From Camelus dromedarius (lineage: Eukaryota), in the NCBI RefSeq assembly GCF_036321535.1, contig NC_087437.1, positions 103,480,001 to 103,544,000 of the forward strand: a stretch of DNA of 64,000 nucleotides, read 5' to 3'. Shown piece by piece: positions 61,559-64,000 of this stretch. Under the pieces are notes generated by a model, which searched no databases, was not told the DNA's origin, and saw only the letters and a program-made list of their open reading frames with translations. Numbering within the stretch: position 1 is the first letter of the stretch; each line of letters starts with the position of its first letter. The translations under genes and the position numbers were made by a program.

Positions 61559-64000
61559 CTTATCAAATCAAACATATGAAGTCCTCAGGGGATTTTGCAA
61601 TCACATTAAAGAAATTACCTTGTGAATAAACAAAATTAATTTTATTATACTATTTCTTATTTTTTCATTTGTCCTTTCATAAAATGCAATTATATCCACT
61701 TTAAAGTTCACAGACACATTCAAATAAATTGAAATAATTATTGTACCTATTGGTGTTTGATGTGACTGACAATAAGGACAATGTCAGATATATATTTGCC
61801 AAGTGAGTGCAGTTTTGCTCAGTAGTATGTATGTATGTATTGAAGCTATTATTCCTTAGTATTACTTTGTCAGTCTTTAGCCAATTCATGTTTCAGCCCC
61901 CAGATTCTTTTTTTTTTTTTTTTTTCCAAACGCTAAGCAGGGCAAGGACTGCTGAGGGACTCATCTTCCCTCTGCCACAGGAATATGTTATCTCAATCAG
62001 CCAGTTTCACTTTAGCTCCCAGCCATGAGGTTGCGTCTTTTTTGAATATGTCTTCACTTCACTTCATATTAAAATAAATTTTAATTGAGAATGAGAAGTT
62101 TCTTCCTAATGATGAGTTTTGTCTTCCTTCAGATTGAAATGTAATAATGTCAAGAAATTACACTGGATTTAAATTTTAAACCTTAATTTATCTTTCTCAC
62201 AGTAATAGGCTGTTTTGGGGCCAAGAGAGAAGGGAGACAGAGGGCAGGGTCAAGGTCGGGAGTGACAAGAGCTTCTCTGCCAGTTGCTTTGAACTTGGAG
62301 GCAGATGGACAGTAGAGATCTCCTAAAACTTATCTGGATGGAAGAGCCCGAAGAAACTTCTGCATCTTGGCATAGTTTGGGCAAAACTTTTACCCACTCA
62401 AGTGAGTACTGACCTGAAGTCTTTGCTCAAGGAAATCTGCTCATTGGACTCAGTCCAGAGTGGAAGCCCACTCTCCTCATCAGATCCTAAACTCACAAAC
62501 TCCTGTCTTTCAAATCTATCTCCAACTTAACAGAGCACTTTTAGCACTAATAACTACCTTAAGAAACGAGTTCATTCTTCTCTCTTATATTTTGGATATG
62601 TAAGAATTTGAAATTACTATGTTCTAACCAATATAAAAATACAAATTTGTGATTTTTCCATTTAAAATGAACACTTATGAACTGCATTAACGTAGCACTC
62701 CACATTATGATAAGGGGAAAAGGAAAGAAAGGACCTGTATTGAGTTGAGAACTTTCCTAAGACTCTTCTCTGCTTGTAGCTAAATATATCCCTAATTTCC
62801 CTATTTTTATTAATTATAATCACTTCTTTTCCTATTATAGTAGATTATAGTATTTAACAATTAATTCAATTTTAAATTTCTCCATATTTCAGGATAATTT
62901 CACATTAGGAAAAAAAAGTTTTTTCAGTGGAAAATATATTCTCACTCCTTTGTCTAAATCATCATGCTCAAATGTTCTGTAGATGGGCTGTGTTTAATTC
63001 TGAGGGAAATTCTTCTGAGAGGGAGGAAATATCTAGATAAACCTACAGGACACTTTTTCTTTTGTAATTCCATCACTTTGAATCAAGGGAATGAACATTC
63101 TATTCACAGAAAAAAAAGTGGAGTGCATTCAAATAGACAAGAGTAAAATACGTTTTGTCACTTAATAATAAAAAAAAAGTCTTCTGTTGTTCACATGTGT
63201 GATTCTTCATGTAATGCAGAAGGAATATTCAGGTATGTAAGATATTTCAATGTTTTCTGAATTGAAATTTAACAAATGTGACAGCAATGCATATAGTAAA
63301 CAGCTTAAAGTATTAAGAAGACTTAGTCTTAAAACTCAATCTCTAAAATCTTTGGGAAAAAAATGTAATTAAATGTTCTGTTCTCCACACCCCACACACA
63401 GCTCTATCTGGATGTGCTGCATTTACAAGTAGGAAAAAATTTTAAATCACTATAAAATATGTAATTTGAACCATTATGTTTCCTGAGCTCTATTTCTGAT
63501 TTTTATAGTTTGTATGAAATCTTTCAATTATTGAATCACATATTATAAACTTTCAAATTGTTATTAAAATACAACAAACAAACAACGACACAACTTCGAG
63601 CTATTTCTGAGACTGTCAAAGTTAGGTGCAGTAATGTTTTTATCAAAAAGGAAGAATCCTCTACCATGCTTCTGAATTATTACATTATTAAACACATTGC
63701 TATTGGTGAATTATGAACTTTTGCAAACTGGAGAAGATGTTTTGATATTTTTCTAAATTTTGTCCAAATCAGTTTTCTTGGACTGCAGATTGAGATTTGA
63801 TAGCACAAAAGATGGCTTTGGAGACATACACAGATATAAAGGTTATATATGCAGATATCTACATCTCTGTATATCCAAAAGAGTTTCACTATATGTTCAT
63901 AATAAATTCTGATTCTCAATGCTCAAAAATTGTGAATTACTTTTTCACACACATGTCCTGAGAACCTACCATATTGCAGGCATGGTTCTAGGTACGTGGG

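Noticed and set aside
1..64000. A novel multi-gene or prokaryote-style system
   Set aside because: The DNA is eukaryotic and repeat-rich with no credible coding sequence, array or structured RNA. Nothing in the sequence supports such a claim.

Overview
This is AT-rich, CpG-poor mammalian nuclear DNA, intergenic or deep-intronic. I found no protein-coding gene, RNA gene, CpG island or CRISPR array. The listed ORFs are chance frames or read-through of repeats and microsatellites. Much of the window is decayed transposable elements: L1, L2, MIR, MaLR/ERVL LTRs (MLT1, MLT2, MER21), ERV1-type LTRs and hAT DNA transposons (MER5, MER58, MER96B). A cetartiodactyl-style L1 3' tail and the absence of any recognisable young SINE suggest a camelid (inference). 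I did not find a previously undescribed biological system. The most notable items are nested insertions with candidate target-site duplications (TSDs), an L1 whose poly(A) tail is replaced by a hairpin filler, a dense AP-1/MARE/ARE motif cluster, two CTCF-like sites, a few speculative small exons and several short tandem duplications. Repeat family names come from my recollection of consensus sequences, not from a search. Boundaries without a TSD are approximate.
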